64,000 bases of DNA from an uncultured delta proteobacterium (GTDB taxonomy: Bacteria > Desulfobacterota > Desulfomonilia > Desulfomonilales > Desulfomonilaceae), in assembly GCA_963789265.1 (NCBI GenBank), contig CAWBKB010000006.1:32001-96000 (forward strand), written 5' to 3'. A program made the position numbers and the translations under genes. The notes under the pieces were generated by a model. That model was not told the origin of the DNA. It ran no database searches and saw nothing but the letters and a program-made list of their open reading frames with translations. Of the stretch, positions 19,243-29,498 are shown piece by piece (position 1 is the stretch's first letter; each line of letters opens with the position of its first letter).

Positions 19243-19500
19243 TCATTCACTTACGAGCGGCGAAAGATTGTGATTGCGCCGTGGGGCGGACTTTCCAGTC
19301 CGCCAAATATGAGATGAGAAACCGCAGACTGGAAAATCTGCGCCACGAGCCAGTTAGCAAGGAGTTCAATTCAATCCGTTGGACGGGCCTCTTTCCCAGT
19401 TGGGATGCCTCGCGCCGAACGCGGGGTTGCCCGCCATCCACAATGGACAGGGTGTCTCGCGCCTCGCGGGACCTTCCCACCATTCATTCCTCGCGATGAC
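19243..19500. repeat. Composite repeat (CATTCACTTACGAGCGG end plus GTGGGGCGGACTTTCCAGTCCGCC REP-like hairpins)
   Basis: Shares its end with 24268 and 48868; REP-like hairpin also at about 13210 and 44712. Confidence 0.6.
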
Positions 19501-19660
19501 AAGGACCGTGCAACTTCCGGGCATTACTGAATGCCTACCCGGGGGCACAATACTTATCTCGCGAGTGCGGTCGGTAGGATGTGGTGAAACCCGCGGAACG
19601 CGCGAGAAAGCGCTTCGCTCACGCTAAAACGCCATAGATACGGTTCCCCGCTGCCAGCGC

Positions 19661-19845
19661 ATAGGCGTTAACTTACCCCGCGAAACGCGGAGTTCCCCCC
19701 TTTCGTAAAAGGGGGCCAGGGGGGATTTTGGGATAACTACTTGAAAATCCCCCTCAATCCCCCTTTAGAAAAGGGGGACTTTGATCTCCCTCGGCCTGCA
19801 CGGACCTCCTGAAAAGGAACGAAATTGCCTTAAGTTAACGCCTAT
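19661..19845. mobile_element. About 185-bp MITE, copy 2 (inverted relative to 9407-9593)
   Basis: ATAGGCGTTAACTTA / TAAGTTAACGCCTAT ends, GCGC on both flanks. Confidence 0.85.
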
Positions 19846-19950
19846 GCGCTGCTCGCTGGATAACCAGATACTACGAGAGCTGCTTTCGCCAAGGCATCAT
19901 CCCGCCCCGTGAAAATTAAGTGTGGTGTCCCCAGAATTCGCCGGGTCTTG

Positions 19951-20475
19951 TCAAAAATCAAGGATTTCCGAAAGCTCTATTCCGAATCGTCGCCTCAGGT
20001 AGAGGTTTATGAATTCCATGATGGTGGGCTTGAACGGTTTGCGCACGAGGTACATGCTTGCTTGTCTGGGGGTGCGGCCCCCCTTCCTGATGTTACAAGC
20101 ACGGCAACAGGCCACTACATTGGTCCATTCGTTAGCTCCCCCTTGGACCTTCGGAATGATGTGGTCGATGGTGAGATCGCCCGAAGTGAACTCACGTCCG
20201 CAATATTGGCACAGATGAGAATCGCGGACGAGGATGTTCTTCCTGGAAAAAGGGACTTCGCGTCTATAGATCTGCCGGATGAACTTGATGAGGCGGATTA
20301 CCGCGGGAATCCGAAAGGTCCGGGTCACGGTTCGGACAATCCTGTCGGATTCCTTCACCACTTCCACTTTCCCGTTGAACAGAAGCAGCATAGCGCGTTG
20401 CCATGAAACCAACCCTATAAATTCATAGCCCGCATTCAGGACTATGACCGCCTCCATGGATGACATCTGGTACAT
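19951..20475 (-). CDS. HNH endonuclease (McrA-like)
   Basis: SRKNILVRD, CQYCG, TIDHIIP, WTNVVACCRACNIRKG. Confidence 0.9.
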   Translation of the reverse strand: MYQMSSMEAVIVLNAGYEFIGLVSWQRAMLLLFNGKVEVVKESDRIVRTVTRTFRIPAVIRLIKFIRQIYRREVPFSRKNILVRDSHLCQYCGREFTSGDLTIDHIIPKVQGGANEWTNVVACCRACNIRKGGRTPRQASMYLVRKPFKPTIMEFINLYLRRRFGIELSEILDF

Positions 20476-20606
20476 GCCTCTCTACCTGGGAAATCATAAG
20501 ATTTATCCATTCGGCAATATCTATCGTTTAACAAAGCTCCGGAAGCTGTGTCAAGCGGAAAGGACAGCCCCGCGCAGGGGAAAACCCGTACCGGCCGCAG
20601 CCGGGC

Positions 20607-20795
20607 TCAAGAGGATTCCAGAATAATACGATGGCCGGTGAGGTCCATTTCACGAAGGCGGGCCTCCAGCACGGTTTGCTCCCCGAAAATGCTCCTGAGC
20701 AGTATCTTGCCGCCCTGTGGCTGCACGAAATCGACACTTTCCATCACTAGCTGCTCTTCGCCGTCCTTTATCAGGTACGCGTTGGATTCACACAT
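20607..20795 (-). CDS. cooT: CooT-family nickel-binding protein
   Basis: MCESNAY start, SIFGE, DLTGHRI; 62 aa. Confidence 0.85.
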   Translation of the reverse strand: MCESNAYLIKDGEEQLVMESVDFVQPQGGKILLRSIFGEQTVLEARLREMDLTGHRIILESS

Positions 20796-20822
20796 TGATT
20801 TGACCTCGACAAAACTAGCGTC

Positions 20823-21183
20823 TCACACCATTTCGCTTTCAAGCAAGTGACACCGCGTTTTCAATGGGGGCGGGTCTCAAACCCGCCCCTACTTGTCTTC
20901 ACGCCCGCGTACACGGAACCTGCAATCACCGGCGGAGATGTCGGCGCTACCGGACCCGTCATGCCCGCCTACCGTGGATGTGAAGGGGCGAATGGCATTC
21001 GCCCGAGGCGATCTCGCGTCTCACGGGATGCCCCTGCCCCCCCTTACGAATGGGGGGAATCCAGCGTCCCGGGGCTAAGTTAGCGTCTATGCGGTCGGGG
21101 TCCAAGGTGACGACATGCAAATCCGCCCGCGCGGGATGTCCCGCCGGAAATGCCGTGTCACTTGTCTGACGCGGATCGGTCTC
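20823..21183. repeat. Composite element with imperfect inverted ends (...TCAAGCAAGTGACAC family)
   Basis: Related ends at about 44790, 45735 and 47385; contains a decayed end of the 9407-type MITE at about 21035-21090. Confidence 0.55.
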
Positions 21184-21297
21184 AACTATCTTCTTTTTTA
21201 AGCATCCCGGAAGAAAAGCCAAGCTCCGGTGCTGTCAGGCGCGCAGTCTTTTTTCCTCGGAGCACTTCAGATATAATAATAACCAAAGTCACGCCTA

Positions 21298-22673
21298 ATG
21301 AAAATCAGTGCCGTGGAAAGATTCAACGAAACGCTCCCCAAAACCGTAAGAGAGCCCAAGTGTGTTCTCGCTATCGGCAGATACGAGATTCTAACCACCT
21401 TGGGCCGTGGAAACATGGGAGAGGTCTTCCGAGCCAAGATTCCCATGATCGGCCGTTTAGTCGCGCTGAAGACCCGCCGCTTCGATCTGGTCTACGAAGA
21501 GAAGGACCTCAAGTACAGTTACCGACAAGTTTTTCGAGGAAGCACGGATCGCGGGGAATTTGGTTCACCCGAACATTGTCACCATTTATGACGTAGGCCG
21601 CGACGGAGACTATTGCTTCATTGCGATGGAACTCCTGGAGGGGGAGAACCTCACCCTGTTCAACAAGGAAGACATGCTGCTCCCACCCGCCAAAGTGGTG
21701 GACCTGGTGAAGAAAATTTGTATTGCCCTAGATTTTGCACATTCCAATAACGTAATCCATCGGGACATCAAACCGGCCAATCTCATGTTCACCCGCGACG
21801 GAAGAATCAAGATAACAGACTTCGGCATTGCAATGGCGGTCCGGACAGACCATTCCAGTGACTTTCAAGTCATGGGTACACCCAGCTACATGTCCCCGGA
21901 ACAGACCAAAGGCCTGAATCTCACCAAACAGACGGATTTTTTTTCCCTGGGAATAGTGCTCTTCGAATTGTTAGCCGGCAGGCGACCGTTTCACGGGCGA
22001 ACACTCTACGAACTCATGGACAACATCCGGTACGCTCCTGCGCCATCCATCCTGAGCTTCAACTCCAAACTGCCCGCGGGCCTCGATCAGGTAATTCAGA
22101 GGTCCCTGGAGAAGGAACCCGAACTCAGGTACAGAACGGGGCAGGAATTCGCAGAGGAACTCGACAGGGCTATGAAAGGTATGCAAATTCCCGTGAGAGA
22201 CCTCAAGGCTACCAAGAAAGCGTACCTTCTCAAAGCTATTGATTTCTTCAGGTCTTTCAGTCGGGTGGAAATAGAGGATGTGGTGCAGTTCGGGACCTTC
22301 ATCCGTTACGAATCGGGCCAGGTGGTTGTCAGAGAGGGGGATGTGGACACCACTTTTTTCGTTCTTCTCCGAGGCTCTGTGCGTGTCATCGAGAAACAAT
22401 AGAAAAATTGCCGACTTGCCGAAAGGTTCCTGCTTTGGCGAGATGGGCACGTTCACCAAGACTCCGCGCACTGCACACGTTATTGCTCGAGAATCTTGCA
22501 TCGTGCTGAAACTCGATCTCAAGGTCCTTGAACGAGAAAGCCCGGATCTCAAATTAAAGTTTTATCAGGTCTTCATTGAAACTCTTATATCTCGGCTCGA
22601 AGCCACCACGAAGCGCCTCAGCGGCGAAAGCAAGGGCTCCGGCGCTCAGAGCGAACCAATCGTACCTGCTTGA
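21298..22673 (+). CDS. Ser/Thr protein kinase with C-terminal cyclic-nucleotide-binding domain, frameshifted near 21520 and 22395
   Basis: [35 protein letters not shown]; cNMP domain VVREGD...FGEM...PRTA. Confidence 0.85.
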
Positions 22674-22890
22674 TTTTCCCTACACGCGTAATCCCCCGTT
22701 CCCCGCGGCAAAAATTGTCATTGCTGCAGGAAGTTGGATAAGCGAAAATTCTCCCGCGTAATCGAATGGTTACAACCACGCGGATTTCGGCCTTGCCTCC
22801 GGGGGGATGGCGTGCTATATATCAAAGGTTAATTGACCGCTATCCTGCCGAATGCCTCGGCCTAGTATTCTTAGTAAGGGAGATGCCCGC

Positions 22891-23073
22891 ATGACGATCC
22901 AATACTTCAAGAATATACGTGATCTCAATAGGTTTTTGAAGACAGCCTCCGTGGATCTTCCCCCGTCCCGCCTGAATGAAATAAAAACCAGAGCAAAGAA
23001 GAAGAAACCTTCCAGCTTCATGGTTTGGATCAACCCGTCCGGCCACGTCATCGATCTGTCCCTGAGGGTTTAA
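22891..23073 (+). CDS. Small basic hypothetical protein (60 aa)
   Basis: AAGGGAG SD before ATG 22891. Confidence 0.55.
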   Translation: MTIQYFKNIRDLNRFLKTASVDLPPSRLNEIKTRAKKKKPSSFMVWINPSGHVIDLSLRV

Positions 23074-23451
23074 AGATTTTTCCCGCTCTGCTCGCGCTGC
23101 GCGTGCGGGGCAGGGCAGCTTCATCAGAAGCTCGCGAAATCGCAACCAACAGACGTAGCGAGCGCGCGAAACGCGGCTAATCGTGTCATTCGCATTCTTC
23201 TCGAGCGATACGCTTGCGCGCTGACCGCACGGGATCACTCCGCGGGGCGAGCGGTGCCGAGAACGCGGAGAAACGGAATCGGAATTAGGGGTTTTCGCGT
23301 AATCTTATGTCTAGGGCATCACGCTTAATTGGACTATCTTCAGCGGTTGCTTGGATGACATGAGACACATGTCAACCGTTTCGCGCGCATCAAGTCTTGG
23401 CAGTACGCCAGCAATCCTGCTTCATTTCCTTGAGGAGCTCAAATCCATCGT

Positions 23452-23787
23452 TCATGTACAAGTTCGCTTCAAATAATCGTTACACGTATGGCTATTCTGG
23501 TCCTCGAAAGAGGATGGTTCGCCTTCCGACCAGTTTGCTAGTTTTTCACATACCCAGTCCAGTATTTCGTTTGGAGATTCCTCAAAATCTGCACCTTCAA
23601 GACTTTCAATTTCTTCACGACTGACACCTAGAATCCCTGCCAGCGCTTCTTCTGACAAATCGTAGTGTTGCCTCAATTCGAATATCTTCAAACCAACGTC
23701 AATCCTTTTGCTTGCGTCGTCGAACCTTGCCTTCTTTTCGGGACTGTCGATTCTTTTCTTGATGGACTCCTCTAATGTCATGCTCAT
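23452..23787 (-). CDS. XRE/HTH antitoxin (HigA-like)
   Basis: IFELRQHYDLSEEALAGILGVS HTH pattern, directly downstream of a RelE-like toxin; AAGGA SD. Confidence 0.75.
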   Translation of the reverse strand: MSMTLEESIKKRIDSPEKKARFDDASKRIDVGLKIFELRQHYDLSEEALAGILGVSREEIESLEGADFEESPNEILDWVCEKLANWSEGEPSSFEDQNSHTCNDYLKRTCT

Positions 23788-23817
23788 ATCGTTTTCCTTT
23801 TCCTATTTGCGTCCGGC

Positions 23818-24183
23818 CTAGGTTTCCATCCGTCTAAGAAAGTCGCGCATCCTTTTGCGGGCTAGCCTTTTTTCGTGATCTGGAACCTTATTGTCCTTCT
23901 TTTTGAACCCGTGACACACGACGGCTCGCCTTTCATAGTAAAAGAATATCAGTCTGTACCAAATTTTTCCATGTTCTATTCTCACATCGTACAGATCGTC
24001 TCCAAGGGAGCCAAAGAACTTGGTTCTGATCACCGTCGGGTCTTGTTCCAGTCGCTTAAGCAAATTTTCCAGTTTGTCAGCGGCTTTTGGGTCAATATCT
24101 TCCTCCAGCCATTCTCGTGCCGGGTGATTCCCCTGCTCAGTTTCATAGTATATGACTTCCAGGTCTCGGCGCTGTTGCATCAT
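23818..24183 (-). CDS. Type II toxin, RelE/ParE superfamily (HigB/Gp49-like)
   Basis: YYETEQG..PAREWL, LYDVRI, YRLIFF, HGFKKK...ARKRM. Confidence 0.85.
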   Translation of the reverse strand: MMQQRRDLEVIYYETEQGNHPAREWLEEDIDPKAADKLENLLKRLEQDPTVIRTKFFGSLGDDLYDVRIEHGKIWYRLIFFYYERRAVVCHGFKKKDNKVPDHEKRLARKRMRDFLRRMET

Positions 24184-24267
24184 GAATAGACTTTCTAAGA
24201 AGAATGGGATCTTAGCGTATCATGGCGTAAATTCTTGAATCAAGGGAAACCAGTCGAGGATTGTAAT

Positions 24268-24404
24268 CATTCACTTACGAGCGGTAAAGGACTGTCATTG
24301 CGAGCAAAGCGAAGCAATATCTTCCTTTAAACCCCACTTAGATTGCTTCGTCGTTTCACTCCTCGCAATGACAAGTTGCAGAAAATCCCCCGCATAAGTG
24401 AATG
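24268..24404. repeat. MITE-like element with CATTCACTTA/TAAGTGAATG ends
   Basis: Perfect 10-bp inverted ends; internal GTCATTGCGAG...CTCGCAATGAC palindrome. Confidence 0.75.
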
Positions 24405-24662
24405 GTTTCCGAGGATTCACGCTACAATCAGGACATACATCCTCGATGACCTCACCTGAAATAGCCAGACAGGTTTGGACTCCGCTTAACATGAATTGAT
24501 TATTCAAGGGAATAATTCCGCACAGAACTCCCTGGAACTTGTTTCGTAGAGGTTTATCTATTAAAAACAGAATATAATCTATGAAACAAATAAATTAGTT
24601 AATGGTCTACACACAGTAGCCGATGATAATAGGCAGTTAGTCGCTCCAACTTGGAGGTTGTC

Positions 24663-24851
24663 ATGGCTTCTGTATTTAAAGAATTTTCAGATACCTATAA
24701 AGAATTCCAAGTCAGGTTTCCACGTCACCCGCTAAACGAAGAGCTGCGCAGCCGCATATCGCGAGGCAAATTCCCTGGGGAGGATTGGCTGAAAATTCAT
24801 ATAAATAAGATGAAGGAACTCATGGCCCCGGTCTGGTTGAGACATAATTGA
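24663..24851 (+). CDS. Small hypothetical protein (62 aa)
   Basis: GGAGG SD before ATG; AT-rich upstream region. Confidence 0.6.
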   Translation: MASVFKEFSDTYKEFQVRFPRHPLNEELRSRISRGKFPGEDWLKIHINKMKELMAPVWLRHN

Positions 24852-24962
24852 CGGTGGCTACGCACGACGCAGCCGAACAGAATTCTCTGCGATCTCAGCG
24901 GTCAACTCTTACCTGAACGCGTGGAAACTTCATCAAGCTTCGAACAGGCCGATCCGGCTTGT

Positions 24963-26213
24963 CTATCCAATGACCATTCCCACAGCATACCGTGACACTT
25001 CTCCGGCAAGAGCAAGGCACGCACTCACCAGCCCAATCAAATCATTAAAAACGCGGGGCTTTGCACGCCGCGCGGCGGGAAGTGTCTCGCAGATTTTGTA
25101 GCTTGCATCATTTGCCAGGGAATAGCTTGAGTCGCTCATTCTGCGGTCCTTCATCAGGGCCATTAGGGTTCGATCAATCCGTGGAGCCAAACCCACGGGT
25201 ACTCGCGCCAATTCCTTCATAAGTGGCTTCATGTCGATCTGAGGCGCGGTCTGCCGGTGGGCCTCATCTTCGGACCCGGTATCGCCGCTCGGAATCGAAA
25301 GGGCCTGGAGGAAAGCATGATTCTCTCCCTTTTTAACCGCTTCATTGAGAATAAAGTGGACCACGGATTCGAAGAGCCAGTGCCGATTCTTCAGGTAATT
25401 TTCACTTTTCGCTGTAAATCGTCCGGGATTCGGATTCAAGAAGAAACGGACGAGAAGCGGCATTACGGGAGTCGGAAGGGCACGAGCGTGATATGGCTGC
25501 GTAAGGTCCTGCAAATAGTGCATGGCCCAAGAACCAAATCGCCATCCCCAGTAATCCGCGCCGTTCTCGAAAGCAAGCTCGGCCAAGGCGAAGAAGAGTT
25601 GGATTCTCTCCGCCATAAAGTTCCGACCCAGACGCGGCCAGATGGCCATTATAAGGCGGTTTTCATGCAAGAAGGCCATGTGAAACGCGGCCTGAGAACT
25701 TGGACCATGCTCTGAACCGAAGGGGCAAACACCGTAACCGTATCCCGCATTAGAGAAGAGGTCCTGATCCATGCCCCAGTCCGGCTCGTCGGAAAAGGTG
25801 GATAGGACCTCCCTTGCCTGGATGGCCTCTCCCTGTTCGGTCTTTACGTACATCCCGCCCGGTGGCCCGGCTCGAGACGGATCGTGCGGTGCGTCCGGCA
25901 ATATCTCTTCAGGTCTCAAAACTCTCACGTAGTGAACAGGCTGGTTTACATTCAGTTTAAAGGCGGTCAGGAAGTCGCGGGGCGTGAGGATCTCGCCCGG
26001 AATCCTGGGGCGCACGACCGTTTTTATAGCTGTTCCACGGACCTTGCGATCCAGCAGTCTGTTATGCCATTTGACCACTTCCTGCAGACGGTCCTTGGAC
26101 AGTGAGAGGAAAGTTTCCAGGGCCATGACCGGGACCGGCTCATTGAGCCGCGGCAGGTCAGAGGCACTCAACGCCGCGCGTGTTATAAGAGCATGGGTAT
26201 TCCAGGAGAGCAT
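24963..26213 (-). CDS. Zn-dependent phospholipase C / S1-P1 nuclease-fold protein
   Basis: N-terminal W..H (WNTH), DEPD, FHM, HYLQDLTQPYH, H..FE; starts 4 nt after the radical SAM stop. Confidence 0.7.
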   Translation of the reverse strand: MLSWNTHALITRAALSASDLPRLNEPVPVMALETFLSLSKDRLQEVVKWHNRLLDRKVRGTAIKTVVRPRIPGEILTPRDFLTAFKLNVNQPVHYVRVLRPEEILPDAPHDPSRAGPPGGMYVKTEQGEAIQAREVLSTFSDEPDWGMDQDLFSNAGYGYGVCPFGSEHGPSSQAAFHMAFLHENRLIMAIWPRLGRNFMAERIQLFFALAELAFENGADYWGWRFGSWAMHYLQDLTQPYHARALPTPVMPLLVRFFLNPNPGRFTAKSENYLKNRHWLFESVVHFILNEAVKKGENHAFLQALSIPSGDTGSEDEAHRQTAPQIDMKPLMKELARVPVGLAPRIDRTLMALMKDRRMSDSSYSLANDASYKICETLPAARRAKPRVFNDLIGLVSACLALAGEVSRYAVGMVIG

Positions 26214-26217
26214 GTCG

Positions 26218-27309
26218 TTACGAAACTGCGGCATCAAGATAAGCCGCCAAATCTTGATCTGTTTCCATTCTCAGGCCCAGAGATTCTTGCCACACATGAG
26301 GAGATTCCATGCAGAGGTAAATCCTTGCATCCGGACAGTGCCTCCGTATGCTGCCCGCGAGGTGCCGGTAAATCTTGATGCGGCGATCCGAGTGCAAACG
26401 GCTTTTGCCATCCAAGCCCCTCAAAAAGCCATCATGAAAATAGGGGATTCGGCCGAAGCGTGCTCCGGCGATTTCCTTCAACTCCGGGACGAACCGCAGC
26501 ACTCCCATTGATATCCAGGCGATGGCTGACGGCCTCACGAGTTCAAAAATCTTCTCAATTGTCCGAGGATAGTCTTCTTCCCAGCCTGTAAGCGGGATTA
26601 TGGGATCGAAATGAAATCCGATCCTGTAGCCGCAGTCCTGAGCCCTCACGGCTGAAGCCAACCGCCTTTCCAACGGCGCGGCCCGTTTCTCTTCCCATTC
26701 GCTGACTGCCTTGGAGTTCACCGAGAAGCTGAGCACTACTCGGCCTTTGGGATCCACGTCAAGAAGGGGTTCGATGGAATCGGTTTTGGTCTTTATTTCC
26801 AAGCATGCACTCTTGCGCTCCGAAAAGAAATTCACCAGGGCCTGTGCCAGTCCTGTTGCGGGCTCGAGCGCGAGGGAATCGGTAAACTCTCCGGTGCAGA
26901 TACGGTGAAAGCGTTGTGGGCTGGACTCCAGATGCTTGCGCAGCGCCGTCAGCAGATCGTCCGTATTGACAAAAGCCTCCAGGACAGGCCGGTTGAAGTA
27001 TACCTGAAGCGCGCAATATCGGCATTCCATGGGGCATCCCTGGCCGATGTGGAGGATTTCCAGGCCGCAACATACATATTGTGGAGTGCCGGGACAGGGC
27101 TTCACAAAAGCCCCTTTATGCTTCATCAATCTCAGTATACGTTTGCCGCGCATCATCGGATCGGGTTCCAGATCCAGCGTACGCCTGGCAGCGGAGATCT
27201 CATCGCCGACGCAGACCTTGGCTTCCGGTAGCCGCCGCACGATCTCACTGGTCAAGGGGTAGCTTTGAGCGTCCTCGTCAATCCATATTTGTTCGATGCG
27301 AAATTTCAT
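26218..27309 (-). CDS. Spore photoproduct lyase-like radical SAM protein
   Basis: CPMECRYC, TGEFTDSL, EIKTK, FHFDPII, YLCME. Confidence 0.85.
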   Translation of the reverse strand: MKFRIEQIWIDEDAQSYPLTSEIVRRLPEAKVCVGDEISAARRTLDLEPDPMMRGKRILRLMKHKGAFVKPCPGTPQYVCCGLEILHIGQGCPMECRYCALQVYFNRPVLEAFVNTDDLLTALRKHLESSPQRFHRICTGEFTDSLALEPATGLAQALVNFFSERKSACLEIKTKTDSIEPLLDVDPKGRVVLSFSVNSKAVSEWEEKRAAPLERRLASAVRAQDCGYRIGFHFDPIIPLTGWEEDYPRTIEKIFELVRPSAIAWISMGVLRFVPELKEIAGARFGRIPYFHDGFLRGLDGKSRLHSDRRIKIYRHLAGSIRRHCPDARIYLCMESPHVWQESLGLRMETDQDLAAYLDAAVS

Positions 27310-27390
27310 GGGTGCGTTTCATGGGATTTAAGACACGGTAATGTGATTGTAAAGATTCTCAGAAGCTGTGACTGGTATCGCATGGGATTT

Positions 27391-27447
27391 AGTGGGGATG
27401 GGCATCTTGCCCGTCCATCAATGACAGGCAGGATGCCCGTCCTACTG
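27391..27447. repeat. REP-like doublet
   Basis: GTGGGGATGGGCATCTTGCCCGTC...GACAGGCAGGATGCCCGTCCTAC; related copy at 45611-45718. Confidence 0.6.
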
Positions 27448-27491
27448 GGCTGAGGCCTCCCGAGAAGCGGGGTTCCGAGACCTGCAATCCC

Positions 27492-28466
27492 TCAAGACTT
27501 TGAGAGCCGCGATAACTTCAGCTCCGGATTTCCGTCTTGTCTCAGTGCGTTCAATATCCTCTGCGCTTCTTCTCTGGAATTTGTGCGGATCTCCACAGTG
27601 CATTCGCGACTCTCGAATCCCGGCACGGGTCGCACAAAAACCCCATCGGATTGAGGTAGCGTACTAAGCCACTGTCGAAATTCTTGTTCGCTCTTTGTCA
27701 GTTCAGGAAACTTCCAGGATCGGATCAGGCGCCGCAGGCGTGCAGCACGCTCCGGAACGGGAACATGTTTGTCTCGCACCATGGATTGAACCTCATCCTC
27801 CTTCAAAAACTCCAGGATGGGCCTGTTTTGAAAAACCGAGAGGTCGAAAAGGTGGCTAATCACCTCAGCGCTTTTGTTGGCATTCATCCCAAGCGCCTCT
27901 GTCAGTTCCGAGAGCGCTTTTTGCTCTCCTGGTGACAGTGAGGACAGAATGAAAGCGGTTTTCTCCTGGATGCGGCCCGTTGAAAGAGCTTTTAGAGAGG
28001 GATCATCCAACCCACCGATTGCTCTCAGCCTTTCCAAACGAGGCCCTTGGGCTGGAATCCCCAGCAATGGCAGAAAATCATCAGCAACAGCTTCCCTTGG
28101 AAATAAATCGAGAAGGCGCTTCACAACCACAGCGGTGGCAGCCACGTCAAATTTACGGTGACCGAGGTTGTCCCACAGAGCCAGGACATAGCCCTCGGCT
28201 TCAGACATTGGGCCCGCAACAACTCTCACTTCTATTTCCGGGAGATTCAATTGCCGTGCAGCTTGCAAACGACGCCTACCCAACATCGGGACCATTCGAC
28301 CGGATGCTCTTTCCTGTAATAGCGGAGGATTCAATACTCCCACATTTTCAACGGATTTTACCAGCGGGGCCAAGTCGGCAAAACAGGGGATGTAGTAGGT
28401 CCTGTCTCGGAGGTCAGCTTGGGCAGGGTCAAAAAGAGTGGTTTTGGTATCGAAGAGCCGTTTCAA
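27492..28466 (-). CDS. ParB/sulfiredoxin N-terminal domain protein
   Basis: LVKSVENVGVLNPPLL and GRRRLQAA arginine patch, followed by a helical region. Confidence 0.75.
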   Translation of the reverse strand: MKRLFDTKTTLFDPAQADLRDRTYYIPCFADLAPLVKSVENVGVLNPPLLQERASGRMVPMLGRRRLQAARQLNLPEIEVRVVAGPMSEAEGYVLALWDNLGHRKFDVAATAVVVKRLLDLFPREAVADDFLPLLGIPAQGPRLERLRAIGGLDDPSLKALSTGRIQEKTAFILSSLSPGEQKALSELTEALGMNANKSAEVISHLFDLSVFQNRPILEFLKEDEVQSMVRDKHVPVPERAARLRRLIRSWKFPELTKSEQEFRQWLSTLPQSDGVFVRPVPGFESRECTVEIRTNSREEAQRILNALRQDGNPELKLSRLSKS

Positions 28467-29262
28467 TATACGTTTCTGCCTCCTCTTTCTTGCCTCTTTT
28501 CATACATCCCGAAGCGACGACATGGCACTTCCGGATAAGTTCCCGGATGGCTGCTTCCCGGTAAACATCACATAGTGACGGGTTCTCGAGGATCTTGAGT
28601 ATGGCAGAAATCCTGAACCGATCAATAGCCGGGGTCAAGTGAGACAGTTGGTCCTCTCGCCCCCCATGCTTGATCACCAGCCTATCCGGCACGAAGCCCA
28701 CGTCATGAAACGCCGTTACCCGGAGCCACAGATCGTAATCCTCCGCGGCAGGCAAGCCCTCGTCGAACCATCCTACACGATCCAGGAGGATTCGCGAGAC
28801 CATCACGGAAGACGGGCTTATGAGGCATCTTTCCAGGGCTCTGGGGAAAAATCGGCCCCCTTGTTTGCAATGAATCCCCTTTTGTGGAACCTCAATACCG
28901 TTTCTTAACCATAACTCATCGGTATGACATATAAAGTCAGGATTAGCCGCGTCAATAAGGTCAGTCTGCCGGGCAAGCTTCTCCGGCAGCCATTCGTCGT
29001 CGGAATCGAGGAATGCCAGAAAAGGTCCGGTTGAGCATTTGATGCCAAGATTGCGGGCCGCTGCGACTCCTCTGTTTTCCTGAAACAAGGGCTTGAGCTT
29101 GCCCTCGAATGTCTCCAGGATGTCAGCGGTGGAATCATCCGAGCCGTCATCCACAACAAGCAGCTCAAAATCGCTGAACGTCTGCCCGAGCACGGATTTG
29201 ATCGCCCGCGGCAACACTGAAGCTCTGTTGTACGTTGGAATGATTACGCTGACCAGAGGCAT
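28429..29262 (-). CDS. Glycosyltransferase family 2
   Basis: VSVIIPTYNR, VVDDGSDD, AARNLG, FLDSDD, EDYDLWLR. Confidence 0.92.
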   Translation of the reverse strand: MPLVSVIIPTYNRASVLPRAIKSVLGQTFSDFELLVVDDGSDDSTADILETFEGKLKPLFQENRGVAAARNLGIKCSTGPFLAFLDSDDEWLPEKLARQTDLIDAANPDFICHTDELWLRNGIEVPQKGIHCKQGGRFFPRALERCLISPSSVMVSRILLDRVGWFDEGLPAAEDYDLWLRVTAFHDVGFVPDRLVIKHGGREDQLSHLTPAIDRFRISAILKILENPSLCDVYREAAIRELIRKCHVVASGCMKRGKKEEAETYIETALRYQNHSF

Positions 29263-29498
29263 CGCAGCCCGTCCCGAAAAAGCGCCGGATTCGCTAAAGG
29301 TATCATAGCCGGGCGTATTACTAACAGCGAAGAGCCGTAATTGACGTCATTGCACAAATGTAGTTGACGTCGAGCAGCAGTTGACAACGCACTGTCCATA
29401 AACATCTGGATGAAATGTGGGGCACGTCGTGATGCACTTCCGTGCCATACTGTATCGACATGGCATACGATGCCCGGTTAATGCGAGAGAAAGCTGTG

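Noticed and set aside
19951..20475. HNH as cognate nuclease of the DNA methyltransferase
   Set aside because: About 27 kb apart; this short HNH type commonly occurs alone.
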